Part shown: in pieces, positions 1 to 10,400 of the stretch
How the letters are laid out: each line of letters starts with the position of its first letter
Numbering within the stretch: position 1 is the stretch's first letter
DNA from: Pseudomonadota bacterium
GTDB lineage: Bacteria; Pseudomonadota; Alphaproteobacteria; MPNO01; UBA830
Length of the DNA: 56,445 nt
Reading direction: 5' to 3'
Assembly (NCBI GenBank): GCA_036336685.1
Contig: JAYZFO010000030.1
Location: 1 to 56,445 of the forward strand
The notes under the pieces: model-generated
Database searches by the model: none
Seen by the model: only the letters and a program-made list of their open reading frames with translations
What the model was told of the DNA's origin: nothing
Position numbers and translations under genes: made by a program

Positions 1-522
1 AGAATCTGCCCTGACCCAGCGTGGCGTGAAATGATTGCCGAAGTAGCATATGAAGAAGCGACTGGACGATTAATGTCTGAAGGGGTTTCCCATCACAGGC
101 TTTATCTGAATTATGCCAAAGGAATGGGACTAAATCCCGAAGAAATGTATGATCCACCATATTGTGCAGGTGTGGTCGCGTTTCAAGCTTATTTCACATC
201 AATCTGCAGTAAAACGTTTTTGGAGGGCGTGGCCGCACACATGTTAGCAGGAGAGGCGGCGATCCCCGGTCTCTATATTAAGATCGCCCGAAAACTGCAG
301 GAACAATTTGGGTTGTCGGATGAAGCCGTGGCCTATTGGGTCATTCACGACAGCGCGGACGAAGAACATTCAGACGTCGGATTCAAATTACTCGACCAAT
401 ACGCGAAGACAGAGGATGACCGGAGACTAGTTCTTAAGATTGTCCGGCAAATGCTTGAAATACAACAATTAATGTATGACGATATTTATAAGAATGCAGT
501 AAAGATTGAAGGCTCGGTTTAA
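1..522 (+). CDS. Heme-oxygenase-like diiron oxidase (CADD/TenA/PqqC-fold iron-containing redox enzyme), 5'-truncated by the window edge
   Basis: The frame is open from position 1 (RICPDPAWREMIAEVAYEE...). Motifs EEATG..SHH, AGEAAIP and HDSADEEH match the E/H/E/H/D/H diiron ligand pattern of CADD-like proteins. Confidence 0.75.
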   Translation, partial: RICPDPAWREMIAEVAYEEATGRLMSEGVSHHRLYLNYAKGMGLNPEEMYDPPYCAGVVAFQAYFTSICSKTFLEGVAAHMLAGEAAIPGLYIKIARKLQEQFGLSDEAVAYWVIHDSADEEHSDVGFKLLDQYAKTEDDRRLVLKIVRQMLEIQQLMYDDIYKNAVKIEGSV

Positions 523-549
523 TCTCATTAAGAACCGGGCCGCGGTAAT

Positions 550-777
550 ATGAAATATATTCTGGTAATTCTATTTAGCTTTAGCGGAGGCGGAGACGGT
601 AAAACGTTAAAATCTTTTGAAATGCGCATTCCACAAGCAAGCTACAATGAATGTAAAAAGTCCGCCAAAACCTTTGAACTGTCGATACCCCTCCCGGGAA
701 TAAGTTTTAAAACGCAAACCCGTTGTGAGCCGCGCCCGGATCATCAGGGACCCGAGGTAAGAGACGTCGACACCTAA
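550..777 (+). CDS. Small hypothetical protein with a hydrophobic N-terminus and a Cys pair
   Basis: 75-aa ORF starting 27 bp after the upstream stop. It begins MKYILVILFSF and has two Cys (YNECKK, TRCEP). Confidence 0.5.
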   Translation: MKYILVILFSFSGGGDGKTLKSFEMRIPQASYNECKKSAKTFELSIPLPGISFKTQTRCEPRPDHQGPEVRDVDT

Positions 778-1197
778 TCAGAGTGCGTTAAACGAACTCA
801 GACAGAAGAAATGACGGCCCGCAAGCAGCCGAGTTATCAAGTCTGGATCAGGGACCAGACAATATAAATTAACACGGCGCCCGCTATTAACCCGAAAAAG
901 GCTATTTGTGAAATGATCGAGAGCGACAATATGGGGTGACGGATCAACATCCAAATTCCCGCACCTACGACAATGGAAAATATTAAAGTCTCCAAATTAT
1001 CATACTTCCCTGCAATTTAATTTGAGAAATTTGTACAGAAGTATCCCTTTTGTTCGTTCAACTATTGAGCCGAAAGACCCGCAACCCATGCTTTACTCAC
1101 TCTCACCGACGCTATTTAATCTGTTACCTTTACACGCCGGCGGATGAGAAAGAAAACGGCAAAAAGAACTTATAAATATAGGGAAAGCGATAACCAG

Positions 1198-2070
1198 ATG
1201 GAAGAACAGGTTAATTTTGAATCAGACGGACTAATACTATCTGGGGTGATACACATACCCGACAACTTGTCACCTGAAGAAAATCGTCCCGCCATGCTGA
1301 TACTGCATGGCTTTGGCAGTAATAAAGAAAGCCAAAATTGCATTTGGCCCGCGAAACAATTAACGGATTGGGGATATGTGACGCTTCGGTTCGACATGAG
1401 AAGTTGTGGCGAGAGCGAGGGCGAAAAAAATCATATAATATGCCTCGACCAAGTTGAGGACACGAAAAACGCAATAACGTATCTACAGACCCGACCCGAG
1501 GTTGATCCGAAACGGATCGGCTTGATCGGCACGAGTTTTGGGGCCGCAGTAACAGTATACACTGCAGGCGTGGACGATAGAGTTGCCGCCGCCGTCTCGT
1601 CCGGCGGATGGGGTGACGGAGAACGCAAATTTAGAGGCCAACACGTTGGAGACGAAGCGTGGACAAAGTTCACCAATATGATGGAACGCGGCAGGGCCCA
1701 TAGAGAAGAGACCGGCAAACCGCTAATGGTCTCTCGTTATGACATAGTGCCAATACCGGAACACCTGCGAAAAAACTTAGCGCCGGGCTCAGTGATGATG
1801 TTTCCCGCTGACACCGCCATTAGTATGTATGAGTTCAAAGCAAACGACGTTGTCAGCGCCATTTCTCCGCGACCACTCCTGCTTCTACACAGTTCAGAAG
1901 ATTCAGTAACGCCGACCGAACAGTCTGTGGAACTGTTTAAACGTGCCGGCCAACCGACGGACCTGCATCTAATTGCCCACGTGGACCACTTTATGTTTGG
2001 AGAGGCAAATCCGCGTGTTATTTCAATTCTCGCCGACTGGCTGGAAAATTATTTCCCCGTAGCAAACTAA
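1198..2070 (+). CDS. Alpha/beta hydrolase (serine hydrolase)
   Basis: HGFGS oxyanion motif, GTSFG nucleophile elbow, candidate Asp (SEDSVTP) and His (VDHFMF). The ATG at 1198 (MEEQVNFES) is preferred over the start at 1144. Confidence 0.85.
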   Translation: MEEQVNFESDGLILSGVIHIPDNLSPEENRPAMLILHGFGSNKESQNCIWPAKQLTDWGYVTLRFDMRSCGESEGEKNHIICLDQVEDTKNAITYLQTRPEVDPKRIGLIGTSFGAAVTVYTAGVDDRVAAAVSSGGWGDGERKFRGQHVGDEAWTKFTNMMERGRAHREETGKPLMVSRYDIVPIPEHLRKNLAPGSVMMFPADTAISMYEFKANDVVSAISPRPLLLLHSSEDSVTPTEQSVELFKRAGQPTDLHLIAHVDHFMFGEANPRVISILADWLENYFPVAN

Positions 2071-2106
2071 ACTAATCAGGCCTCCCAGAAACCTCCTGGA
2101 ATTAAA

Positions 2107-4140
2107 ATGCTGAACACTCATTACCCGAACCTTTTTAAACCACTAGACCTTGGATTTACGACCTTGCGCAACCGGATTTTTATGGCGTCAATGCACGCAC
2201 GATTTGAGTTGTTGGGTCAGGCCGAGGAACGGGCCGCAGCATTTTATGAAAGACGTGCTAAAGGGGGGACGGCTCTGATTATTACCGGCGGTTATTCACC
2301 AAATCCTCAGGGCGTAATCGACGAAGGTTCTCACTGTCTTAATTCTTTGGACCAAGTCCCGAGACAGCAGATAATTACTGACGCCGTCCACGCTGCCGGT
2401 GGGAAAATAGCCCTCCAAATATTACATGCGGGCCGCTATGCGAAAACAGACGACTTAGTGGGGCCTTCCGACATTTCCTCGCCCATTAATCCACGTAAGG
2501 TCCATGCTCTTTCTTCGGAGGAGGTTGAAAGAACCATCAATGACTACGTAACCTGTGCCGGGCTTGCCAAGATGGCTGGTTTCGACGGCGTGGAAATCAT
2601 GGGTTCGGAGGGTTATCTCATCCCCACTTTTTGTGCGGCCGTAACAAACAATCGGAATGATAAATGGGGCGGCTCTTTTAAAAATCGCATTCAGTTTCCC
2701 ATAGAAATAGTGCGGAGAACCCGAGCAGAGGTAGGAACAAATTTTATAATACTGTACCGAATATCGGCTTTGGATTTAGTCGAAGGAGGATTAACCGGCG
2801 AAGAAACACAAATGCTCGCTCGGCAAATAGAAACAGCGGGCGCAAACATACTTACGACCGGAATTGGCTGGCACGAATCTCGCGTTCCAACAATAGCCCA
2901 CATGGTACCGCGCGGTGGTTGGCGGCATACGGCAAAAAAAATCAAAGAAGCCGTTAACATTCCTGTTGCCGCTACCAATAGAATTAACACTCCGGAAACC
3001 GGAGAAGAATTATTACGCGACGGGGATGCTGATATTGTGGCGCTCGGACGGCAAATGCTTGCGGATCCCGATTTTGCCATTAAGGCAGAGAAAGGGCAGG
3101 GGGCAACAATAAACACCTGTATCGGATGCAATCAGGCATGCCTTGATTATATATTCGCGGACAAGCCCTCTTCTTGCCTCGTCAACCCGATCGCCGGCAA
3201 TGAACTGGATATCAAAATTACAAAAACAACGAGGCCCCTGAAAGTCGCCGTGGTTGGCGGCGGACCAGCCGGAATGTCCGCTGCTTTAACTGCGTTAGAC
3301 TGTGGACATGGCGTCACACTTTATGAGAGTGCCAATGAGTTGGGAGGCCAGTTTAATCTTGCAAAACGCATCCCCGGTAAAGAGGATTTTCAGGAAACGA
3401 TACGTTATTTCAGTACACGACTGAACACCGGGGGAGCTATCATTAAGCTGGAAAATAGTCCGACGGGAAACCAACTATTAGAAGAAGGCTTTGATCACAT
3501 AATCGTTGCTACCGGCGTAAAACCACGCTTACTGAAAATAGAGGGCGCCGGTCGGAGTAACGTCATTAACTATATAGAAGCGCTGACGGACGCAAAGCCA
3601 ATCGGAGACCGGGTCGCCATTGTAGGGTCCGGCGGCATAGGCTTTGATGTTGCTGAATATATAACGGCAATAGACAGCAAACTTTCCGATTCGATAAACG
3701 CGTTTATGCAACATTGGGGTGTTGACATGGTTCACACAAGCCCTGGCGGTCTTATAAAACGTGACCGTCAAGCCACCGGTAGGTCTGTCGTGATGCTTCA
3801 AAGATCTGATAGCCGACCAGGCAAGAAGCTCGGTTTGACCACGGGTTGGGTGGTTCGCGGAGAATTGACGGCAAGGGGAGTAAAGAACATAACGGGGGCA
3901 AGCTATAACAAAATAACCACGCAAGGGGTCTCAATTACTGTAGGCGACGACGAGCAGCTAATTGAAGTGGATACGGTGATAGTTTGCGCCGGACAAGAAC
4001 CGGAAAACATTCTCTATAATGAGCTAGTTAGGGAGAAAGCGACAAGGGTGTCCGTGATAGGTGGCGCTAAAGGATCGAATGGGCTAGACGCCTTGCGTGC
4101 CATTAAAGAGGGGATGGACGCTGTCCTAGAATTTAATTAG
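2107..4140 (+). CDS. fadH: NADPH-dependent 2,4-dienoyl-CoA reductase
   Basis: OYE-like barrel with MASMH, GSEGYLI and GIGWHE, Fe-S motif CIGCNQAC..C, GGGPAG FAD site, 677 aa. Confidence 0.9.
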   Translation: MLNTHYPNLFKPLDLGFTTLRNRIFMASMHARFELLGQAEERAAAFYERRAKGGTALIITGGYSPNPQGVIDEGSHCLNSLDQVPRQQIITDAVHAAGGKIALQILHAGRYAKTDDLVGPSDISSPINPRKVHALSSEEVERTINDYVTCAGLAKMAGFDGVEIMGSEGYLIPTFCAAVTNNRNDKWGGSFKNRIQFPIEIVRRTRAEVGTNFIILYRISALDLVEGGLTGEETQMLARQIETAGANILTTGIGWHESRVPTIAHMVPRGGWRHTAKKIKEAVNIPVAATNRINTPETGEELLRDGDADIVALGRQMLADPDFAIKAEKGQGATINTCIGCNQACLDYIFADKPSSCLVNPIAGNELDIKITKTTRPLKVAVVGGGPAGMSAALTALDCGHGVTLYESANELGGQFNLAKRIPGKEDFQETIRYFSTRLNTGGAIIKLENSPTGNQLLEEGFDHIIVATGVKPRLLKIEGAGRSNVINYIEALTDAKPIGDRVAIVGSGGIGFDVAEYITAIDSKLSDSINAFMQHWGVDMVHTSPGGLIKRDRQATGRSVVMLQRSDSRPGKKLGLTTGWVVRGELTARGVKNITGASYNKITTQGVSITVGDDEQLIEVDTVIVCAGQEPENILYNELVREKATRVSVIGGAKGSNGLDALRAIKEGMDAVLEFN

Positions 4141-4527
4141 TCCATCGCCTAGTCAAGATAATACATACTAAAAACGTGATAAGTCAGTTGGTTGCTTTTC
4201 AAAGGGTTTCCAACAAAACGGCTTCGATAGTTCGACATACACTGAAACGAAATCTTCCCTGAACGCTGGATCAAACTTCAGAAATCCAAAGTTGAGGGAT
4301 CGCTACTGATGCGCTGTACAATTTGTATTTTTTATATGGCTTCCAGATTGCTTCAATCAAAGAACGGATGTTAAAGGAAAAAAAAGTTTGACGAGTTGGT
4401 GGTGAAGCTACGCAGGATCGATTATTTGCTAAAACTCAAACACATCGGAAAATTAGAGGCTAAAAAGCAGAAAAAACTAATAATAGATCGGTTTTTTAAA
4501 ACGATTGATTAGCTAACCACGGCAAGT

Positions 4528-6345
4528 TTATTCAGTCACAGCGTTTTTTTCCCTTTGCTGTTCATTCCACATCTCGGCATACAGACCGTTTTTCGCTAAA
4601 AGCTCTACGTGAGTACCCTCTTCCTCGATGCAGCCCTTGTTAAGAACGAGAATTTTATCTGCGTCGATCACAGTTGAAAGCCGGTGTGCTATAATTAAGG
4701 TAGTAGTGTTTTGGGAAATCTGGTTCAGTGCGTTTTGTATTTCCCGCTCTGTATTTGTGTCAAGTGCGGACGTTGCCTCATCAAAAACTAAAATTTGTGG
4801 CCGTTTCAGAATAGTACGTGCTATAGCCACTCTCTGTTTTTCACCACCGGAAATTTTTAATCCGCGTTCCCCGACAAGGGTTTCATACTTATCCGGCGTT
4901 GACATGATAAATTCATGGATTGCAGCCTGCCGAGCTGCCTCTTCAATTTCGCTTCGCGTCGCTTTGGGTCGTCCATACGCTATGTTGTACAAAATAGTGT
5001 CGTTAAACAAAACACAATCCTGGGGAACGATGCCGATAGTTGCTCTTAAACTCTCTTGGGTAGCTTCACGAATATCCACACCATCAATACTAATTACACC
5101 CTTATCGGTGTCATAAAATCGGAAGAGAAGCCGTCCTACCGTTGATTTTCCAGACCCACTGGGTCCAACAATGGCAAATTTTTGACCAGGTTCTACTTTA
5201 AAGGTGACATCGGACAGAACCGCCCTTCTAGGATCATAGGCAAACGAAACATTTAGAAACTCGATTAAACCCGGCCCCGGCCTTAAGGTTTGCGGTGAAA
5301 AAGCATCGTTAACTTCTGGTTTAGTTGTGAGTAGAAAAAATATCGCCTCCATATCAGTAAGCGACTGTTTTATTTCTCGATAGACAAACCCCAGAAAATT
5401 AAGGGGGATGTAAAGCTGCATAAGAAACGTGTTAACCATCACAAAATCGCCAACACTCATTTTTCCATTTGCGACGTCATCTCCGGCCATGAGAACCATA
5501 AGGGTGAGACCGACGCCGATTATAAAAGCCTGTCCTATATTCAGGAACGATAAACTGGTTTTGCTGATAACAGACGCGCTTTCATATTTTTGAAGCGCGA
5601 AATCATACCGGGAGGCTTCAAAGTCTTCGTTCCCAAAGTATTTAACCGTCTCATAATTTAGGAGGCTGTCAATTGCACGAGAATTTGCACGTTGATCCGT
5701 TTCGTTCATCTCGCGCCGCCACTTTAAACGCCACTCGGTGACAATCATCGTGTAGGCGATGTAAACTACGATCGATATAAAAGTAATAAACGCATACCAA
5801 AAACTAAAGAAGCTCCACAAAATTGCACAAACGAAAGCTATTTCTAGTAGCGTAGGAAGGATATTAAAAAGCATAAAACGAAGCAAAAAGTCGATTGCCT
5901 TGGTACCCCGTTCTATAGCATGCGACAATCCACCAGTCTGGCGTTCTAAATGGTATCTAAGCGACAGTGTATGAAGGTGTCGAAATGTTTGAAGCGCCAC
6001 ATCCCGTATTGCTCGTTGTGCAACTTTGGTAAAAATTGCATCCCTTAGCTCTGCAAAAGCGATGGATAGAACACGTAAGGCACCAAAGGCAATAATCATA
6101 GCAACTGGCACCAAAATTACATCGTTATTCCGCGTAGCCAGGCTGTCCACAATCGCCCCGTATACGATCGGGATGTATACCGTTGCTATCTTAGCTCCCG
6201 CTAAAAAAAACAGTGCGACGAGTACTCTGGTCTTCGCTTCGGAACCACCCCGCGACCAAAGATAAGGTGCCAATGAGCGCAATGCGCCCCATTCAAAACC
6301 GGCATCTAATTTACGGCCTGATAATGCTCGCGTTTCGTCCGACAT
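4528..6345 (-). CDS. atm1: ABCB/Atm1-type ABC exporter (fused TMD and NBD)
   Basis: HLERQTGGLS..IERG, DSLLNYETVKYF, Walker A GPSGSGKST, ISGGEKQR, DEATSALD. The start at 6345 (MSDETR) is preferred. Confidence 0.9.
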   Translation of the reverse strand: MSDETRALSGRKLDAGFEWGALRSLAPYLWSRGGSEAKTRVLVALFFLAGAKIATVYIPIVYGAIVDSLATRNNDVILVPVAMIIAFGALRVLSIAFAELRDAIFTKVAQRAIRDVALQTFRHLHTLSLRYHLERQTGGLSHAIERGTKAIDFLLRFMLFNILPTLLEIAFVCAILWSFFSFWYAFITFISIVVYIAYTMIVTEWRLKWRREMNETDQRANSRAIDSLLNYETVKYFGNEDFEASRYDFALQKYESASVISKTSLSFLNIGQAFIIGVGLTLMVLMAGDDVANGKMSVGDFVMVNTFLMQLYIPLNFLGFVYREIKQSLTDMEAIFFLLTTKPEVNDAFSPQTLRPGPGLIEFLNVSFAYDPRRAVLSDVTFKVEPGQKFAIVGPSGSGKSTVGRLLFRFYDTDKGVISIDGVDIREATQESLRATIGIVPQDCVLFNDTILYNIAYGRPKATRSEIEEAARQAAIHEFIMSTPDKYETLVGERGLKISGGEKQRVAIARTILKRPQILVFDEATSALDTNTEREIQNALNQISQNTTTLIIAHRLSTVIDADKILVLNKGCIEEEGTHVELLAKNGLYAEMWNEQQREKNAVTE

Positions 6346-6585
6346 TTTGTTGTATTTTTTTATACCTGAAATTAATGTTTGGATTTCTAACTTATTTTTT
6401 AAGTGGAACCCATGATGAGCGCTGTAATAACACAAAAATTGTTTGCCAGAAAAAAACGTTTATCATTTGTTTCCAATTCTCAAGTATTTCGTGTTTTACG
6501 CTGTATACCGGTAAGATTTAGTCGCGAGTCGGTCAAGCATGTGGCACTACATCATGACAACATGTAAGCCTGGTTATGAGGGATA

Positions 6586-7602
6586 ATGTATATAAGGTCT
6601 GCGATATTTATACTCTATATCTGTATTGCTGTATTGCCGGAAAACAGCATGGCTTCTCCTAAAGGAACCTTCCAAGATTGGTTGAAGGGAATTAGAAGTG
6701 AGGCTTTGGAGCGCGGAATACCGGAAAAAATCATACAAACACTTCTCACAGATGTGCAACCGAACCGGCGCGTAATTAAACGTGATCGAAACCAGTCCGA
6801 GTTCAAGCTAACACTTCAAAAATACCGCAACAGGGTCATCACAACAAAGAATGTAACGGCGGGTCGCACAAAAGTGCAAAAATATAACGATCTTCTCAAT
6901 AAGGTTTCCTCTAAATACGGCGTACAACGGCGTTTTATAGTAGCAATATGGGGAATTGAGACACGTTATGGTTCCGTGAAGGCAAACATTCCGGTTATCC
7001 CTGCAGTCGCAACACTGGCCTACGACGCCCGCCGAGAGAGATTTTTCAAAAAACAGCTATTTTCTGTCCTTGAAATGGTCAGTCGAGGCTACATCGGCCC
7101 GGAAAGTCTATTAGGATCGTGGGCCGGGGCGATGGGAGAACCCCAATTCATGCCTTCCAGTTATCTCGCATTCGCTCAGGATTTCGATGGGGATGGGCGG
7201 CGAGACATCTGGAGCAGCAGGGGTGACATATTTGCCTCGATAGCAAACTACCTTGCTAAACACCGTTGGTCCGCAGACCAAACATGGGGTCTACAAGTGG
7301 ATGTCCCAAAGGCGTTAATTACGGCCCTTGGCACATTTAAGCGTCGCGCGGCACCCGGATGTCGGGCAAAGACATCTGAGCTTAAACCATTGCATGAATG
7401 GTACAAACTGGGTGTTCGTCCCCCCGATAGTTCTTTTACAGGAAAACCCGAGTTAAAAGCGGCGCTGGTTCTCCCGGATGGTATGAAAGGTGACTCTTTT
7501 CTCGTTTACGGCAACTACAGTGCCATTATGTCATATAATTGTGCTCATCATTACGCGATTACAGTAGGTTTACTCGCCGACAAAATTAGGAATTCGAAGT
7601 GA
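6586..7602 (+). CDS. mltB: Lytic murein transglycosylase, MltB family
   Basis: WGIETRYG catalytic Glu, GSWAGAMG.PQFMPSSY, DFDGDGRRDIW EF-hand, SIANYL, and a signal-like N-terminus. Confidence 0.9.
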   Translation: MYIRSAIFILYICIAVLPENSMASPKGTFQDWLKGIRSEALERGIPEKIIQTLLTDVQPNRRVIKRDRNQSEFKLTLQKYRNRVITTKNVTAGRTKVQKYNDLLNKVSSKYGVQRRFIVAIWGIETRYGSVKANIPVIPAVATLAYDARRERFFKKQLFSVLEMVSRGYIGPESLLGSWAGAMGEPQFMPSSYLAFAQDFDGDGRRDIWSSRGDIFASIANYLAKHRWSADQTWGLQVDVPKALITALGTFKRRAAPGCRAKTSELKPLHEWYKLGVRPPDSSFTGKPELKAALVLPDGMKGDSFLVYGNYSAIMSYNCAHHYAITVGLLADKIRNSK

Positions 7603-8552
7603 GACGGAGTTCTATAAAAGCTATTATCTTGGTTTCGGTGGCTTTATTCATAAACGGATGTGCAGAAACCCAATTTGTTGTTCATGGAGCTAAAAAACTT
7701 ATTCACACGCAAAAAAAGACTGAAACCCTGCCAAAAACGCGAGGAATTTATAAAATTGGGCAACCTTATCGGATTGAAAACACCTGGTATTACCCAGCAG
7801 AGAACTTTAACTACGTTGAAACCGGCATAGCCTCCTGGTATGGCCCGAAATTTCACGGAAAAAAAACAGCAAACGGTGAAATTTACGACATGAATATGCT
7901 AACAGCGGCGCATAGGACGCTACCGATGCCGTGTTTAGTTCGTGTTTTAAATCTCCAAAATGGACGATCTTTAATGCTTCGGGTGAATGATCGCGGCCCA
8001 TTTGCCCGCGGTCGCATCATTGACGTATCGCGCCGGGCCGCTCAATTACTTGGATTTCATCGTGCAGGAACCGCAAGGGTCAGGGTCGAAATTATTGCGG
8101 ATCAAAGTCAACGCTTAAAACTCGCAGCGCTACGTGGTGTGATACCCGTTAATGATAAAATAAAAGCCACCGGTGTAGGCAATCAACCCGTCGAGAGGCA
8201 TTCACTAAATTCGCAAAATATAACGACTAAAATTAAAACTGCCCCTGCAAATAGTCGTTCAACAAGCGCAGGTCAAAAATCAAATTCTCAAACATTAGTT
8301 AATCACGTTCAAGTTTCAAAGACCTCACATCTATATATACAAGCGGGAGCATTTATAGGCTTTGCAAATGCGTCTAAAGTTCGCACAGAACTGTCCCAAT
8401 TTGGAGCTGCCTGGTTAAATGAAGTAAAAATAGGTAGACAGACGTTTTATAGAGTAAGAATAGGGCCGATACAGCAAACAAATAGGGCTGACGCTATTCT
8501 TTCAAAAATTATTTCTGCCGGGTTCCCAAAAGCCCGTATAATTGTAGATTAG
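7599..8552 (+). CDS. rlpA: Septal ring lytic transglycosylase RlpA (DPBB and SPOR domains), lipoprotein
   Basis: Lipobox INGC, GIASWYG..FHG..TANGE, TAAHRTLP, VNDRGPF..RIIDVS, and a C-terminal SPOR domain (IQAGAF). Confidence 0.93.
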   Translation: MRRSSIKAIILVSVALFINGCAETQFVVHGAKKLIHTQKKTETLPKTRGIYKIGQPYRIENTWYYPAENFNYVETGIASWYGPKFHGKKTANGEIYDMNMLTAAHRTLPMPCLVRVLNLQNGRSLMLRVNDRGPFARGRIIDVSRRAAQLLGFHRAGTARVRVEIIADQSQRLKLAALRGVIPVNDKIKATGVGNQPVERHSLNSQNITTKIKTAPANSRSTSAGQKSNSQTLVNHVQVSKTSHLYIQAGAFIGFANASKVRTELSQFGAAWLNEVKIGRQTFYRVRIGPIQQTNRADAILSKIISAGFPKARIIVD

Positions 8553-8617
8553 GAAAATATGCCTTCTCTCTGCCACATTTCTGGAAAAAATAGATGATGG
8601 AGAAACGAAAAATATAA

Positions 8618-9760
8618 ATGTATAGAATAATCATCAGCGTGCTTTTGTCGGTCTTCGTTTCAACCATCACGGTGGGATTTTCAGCAACCGCTCAAACAAT
8701 TAAAACCACTGCTCGTAGCGCATACATTATGGACCTGTCTACAGGTTCAGTCTTATTGAGCAAAAATGCTGATTTAGCTCTTCCTCCGGCATCAATGAGT
8801 AAGCTTATGACGATTTATATCGTTTTCGAGCTTATTAAAAACAGGTCTCTCTCCCTTAAAGATAAATTCATTGTTAGTAAAAAAGCCTGGCGAAAAGGCG
8901 GTTCAAAAATGTTTGTTAAGATAGGGGACCAGGTAACAATATCGGATTTATTGCGAGGTATCATCATTCAGTCAGGTAATGACGCATGTATTGTTATTGC
9001 GGAGGGGATATCTGGGAGTGAAAAAGCCTTCGCCATATTAATGACCCAGAAAGCGCAAGAGCTTGGCCTCGTGAATAGTACGTTTAGTAACGCGACGGGT
9101 TGGCCACATCCAAAACAACTAATGTCCGCCAGAGACCTCGGAACTCTATCAACCCTCATGATAAAAAAATTCCCGCAGCTTTATAAAATTTTTGCTGAAA
9201 AAACCTTTAGGTATAATCAAATTAAGCAAGGAAACCGAAATCCACTACTTTACCGAAACATTGGTGCGGATGGCCTTAAGACCGGTCACACAAAAGCTGC
9301 AGGCTATGGTCTGACAGCCTCAGCAATCAGAAATGGGAGACGTATCATTTTAGTTCTGAATGGCATGAAAAGCGTTCGCCAACGGTCAGTCGAATCTCTT
9401 CGACTTATGGAATGGGCCTTCCGCGCATTCATGCCAATTACTCTCTTTAAAAAGAGTGAAGAAGTAACCCAGGCTGACGTATGGTTGGGGAACACTGCAA
9501 AGGTACCTCTCATGGTGTCAGACGACATCAAGATTACGCTTCCTGTCGCAACGGCAAACAAGCTTAAAGCAACGGTCATAATGGAGAACCCAGTCGCCGC
9601 ACCAATCAAAAAAGGGGAAAAGTTAGCAACATTAAAAATTACTGCCCCAGGAATACAAACTAAAGAAGTCGAACTTGTCGCTGGTAGGGAGGTGCGCCAG
9701 CTTGGATTTATCGGCCGCCTTGGAGCCGCAATAAAGCATGTTCTTTGGGGACCCTCCTAA
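8618..9760 (+). CDS. dacA: D-alanyl-D-alanine carboxypeptidase (PBP5/6 family)
   Basis: SxxK (PASMSK), SGNDA and KTG motifs, in the conserved rlpA-dac-tmk order. Confidence 0.92.
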   Translation: MYRIIISVLLSVFVSTITVGFSATAQTIKTTARSAYIMDLSTGSVLLSKNADLALPPASMSKLMTIYIVFELIKNRSLSLKDKFIVSKKAWRKGGSKMFVKIGDQVTISDLLRGIIIQSGNDACIVIAEGISGSEKAFAILMTQKAQELGLVNSTFSNATGWPHPKQLMSARDLGTLSTLMIKKFPQLYKIFAEKTFRYNQIKQGNRNPLLYRNIGADGLKTGHTKAAGYGLTASAIRNGRRIILVLNGMKSVRQRSVESLRLMEWAFRAFMPITLFKKSEEVTQADVWLGNTAKVPLMVSDDIKITLPVATANKLKATVIMENPVAAPIKKGEKLATLKITAPGIQTKEVELVAGREVRQLGFIGRLGAAIKHVLWGPS

Positions 9761-9770
9761 TAAATTAGAT

Positions 9771-10400
9771 ATGGGAAAATTTATTACATTTGAGGGAGGT
9801 GAGGGCGCTGGAAAATCAACCCAAATTTCTCTGCTAGCCAAAACATTGAAAACGTTGAATATGCCAGTGACCACCACCCGTGAACCCGGTGGATCAGACG
9901 GCGCCGAAATAATCCGTAATTTATTACTTGATCCTAAATCCAACTGGGATGCACCTACGGAAGCTCTTCTGCATTTTGCAGCGCGTGCTGATCATTACAC
10001 TACCTTAATTAGACCGGCCCTAAAACGCGGTGAATGGGTAATATCTGACAGGTTCGCAGACTCGACGAGGGCATATCAAGGATACGGGTTAGGCCTAGCG
10101 CTAGAAGCTATTGAAATTCTCTACCAAATTTCGCTAGGGGAAGTTGAGCCGGATCTTACTATCATCCTCGACCTTCCTGTAGAAACCGGTATGGCGAGGG
10201 TAAATGCTGCTACGGATAGTCCTGACCGTTACGAGCAGATGGACACAGAATTTCATCAAAAGTTGCGGCTTGGCTTCCTTAAAATCGCAGAAAACAATCC
10301 GGAACGTTGCGTTGTGATTGACGCAGCTAGCGATATACCCACAGTCAACTTACAGATATGCCGCTGTATATCAGAACGTCTTAAGATTAAAATTACCTGA
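9771..10400 (+). CDS. tmk: Thymidylate kinase
   Basis: FITFEGGEGAGKSTQ, TREPGG, DRF.DST.AYQG. Start taken at ATG 9771. Confidence 0.95.
   Translation: MGKFITFEGGEGAGKSTQISLLAKTLKTLNMPVTTTREPGGSDGAEIIRNLLLDPKSNWDAPTEALLHFAARADHYTTLIRPALKRGEWVISDRFADSTRAYQGYGLGLALEAIEILYQISLGEVEPDLTIILDLPVETGMARVNAATDSPDRYEQMDTEFHQKLRLGFLKIAENNPERCVVIDAASDIPTVNLQICRCISERLKIKIT

Noticed and set aside
781-860. Short hairpins (GAGT..ACTC and GTCTGG..CCAGAC) in the 778-1197 gap
   Set aside because: The stems are 6 bp or shorter or interrupted, there is no U-tract, and I recognise no RNA family.
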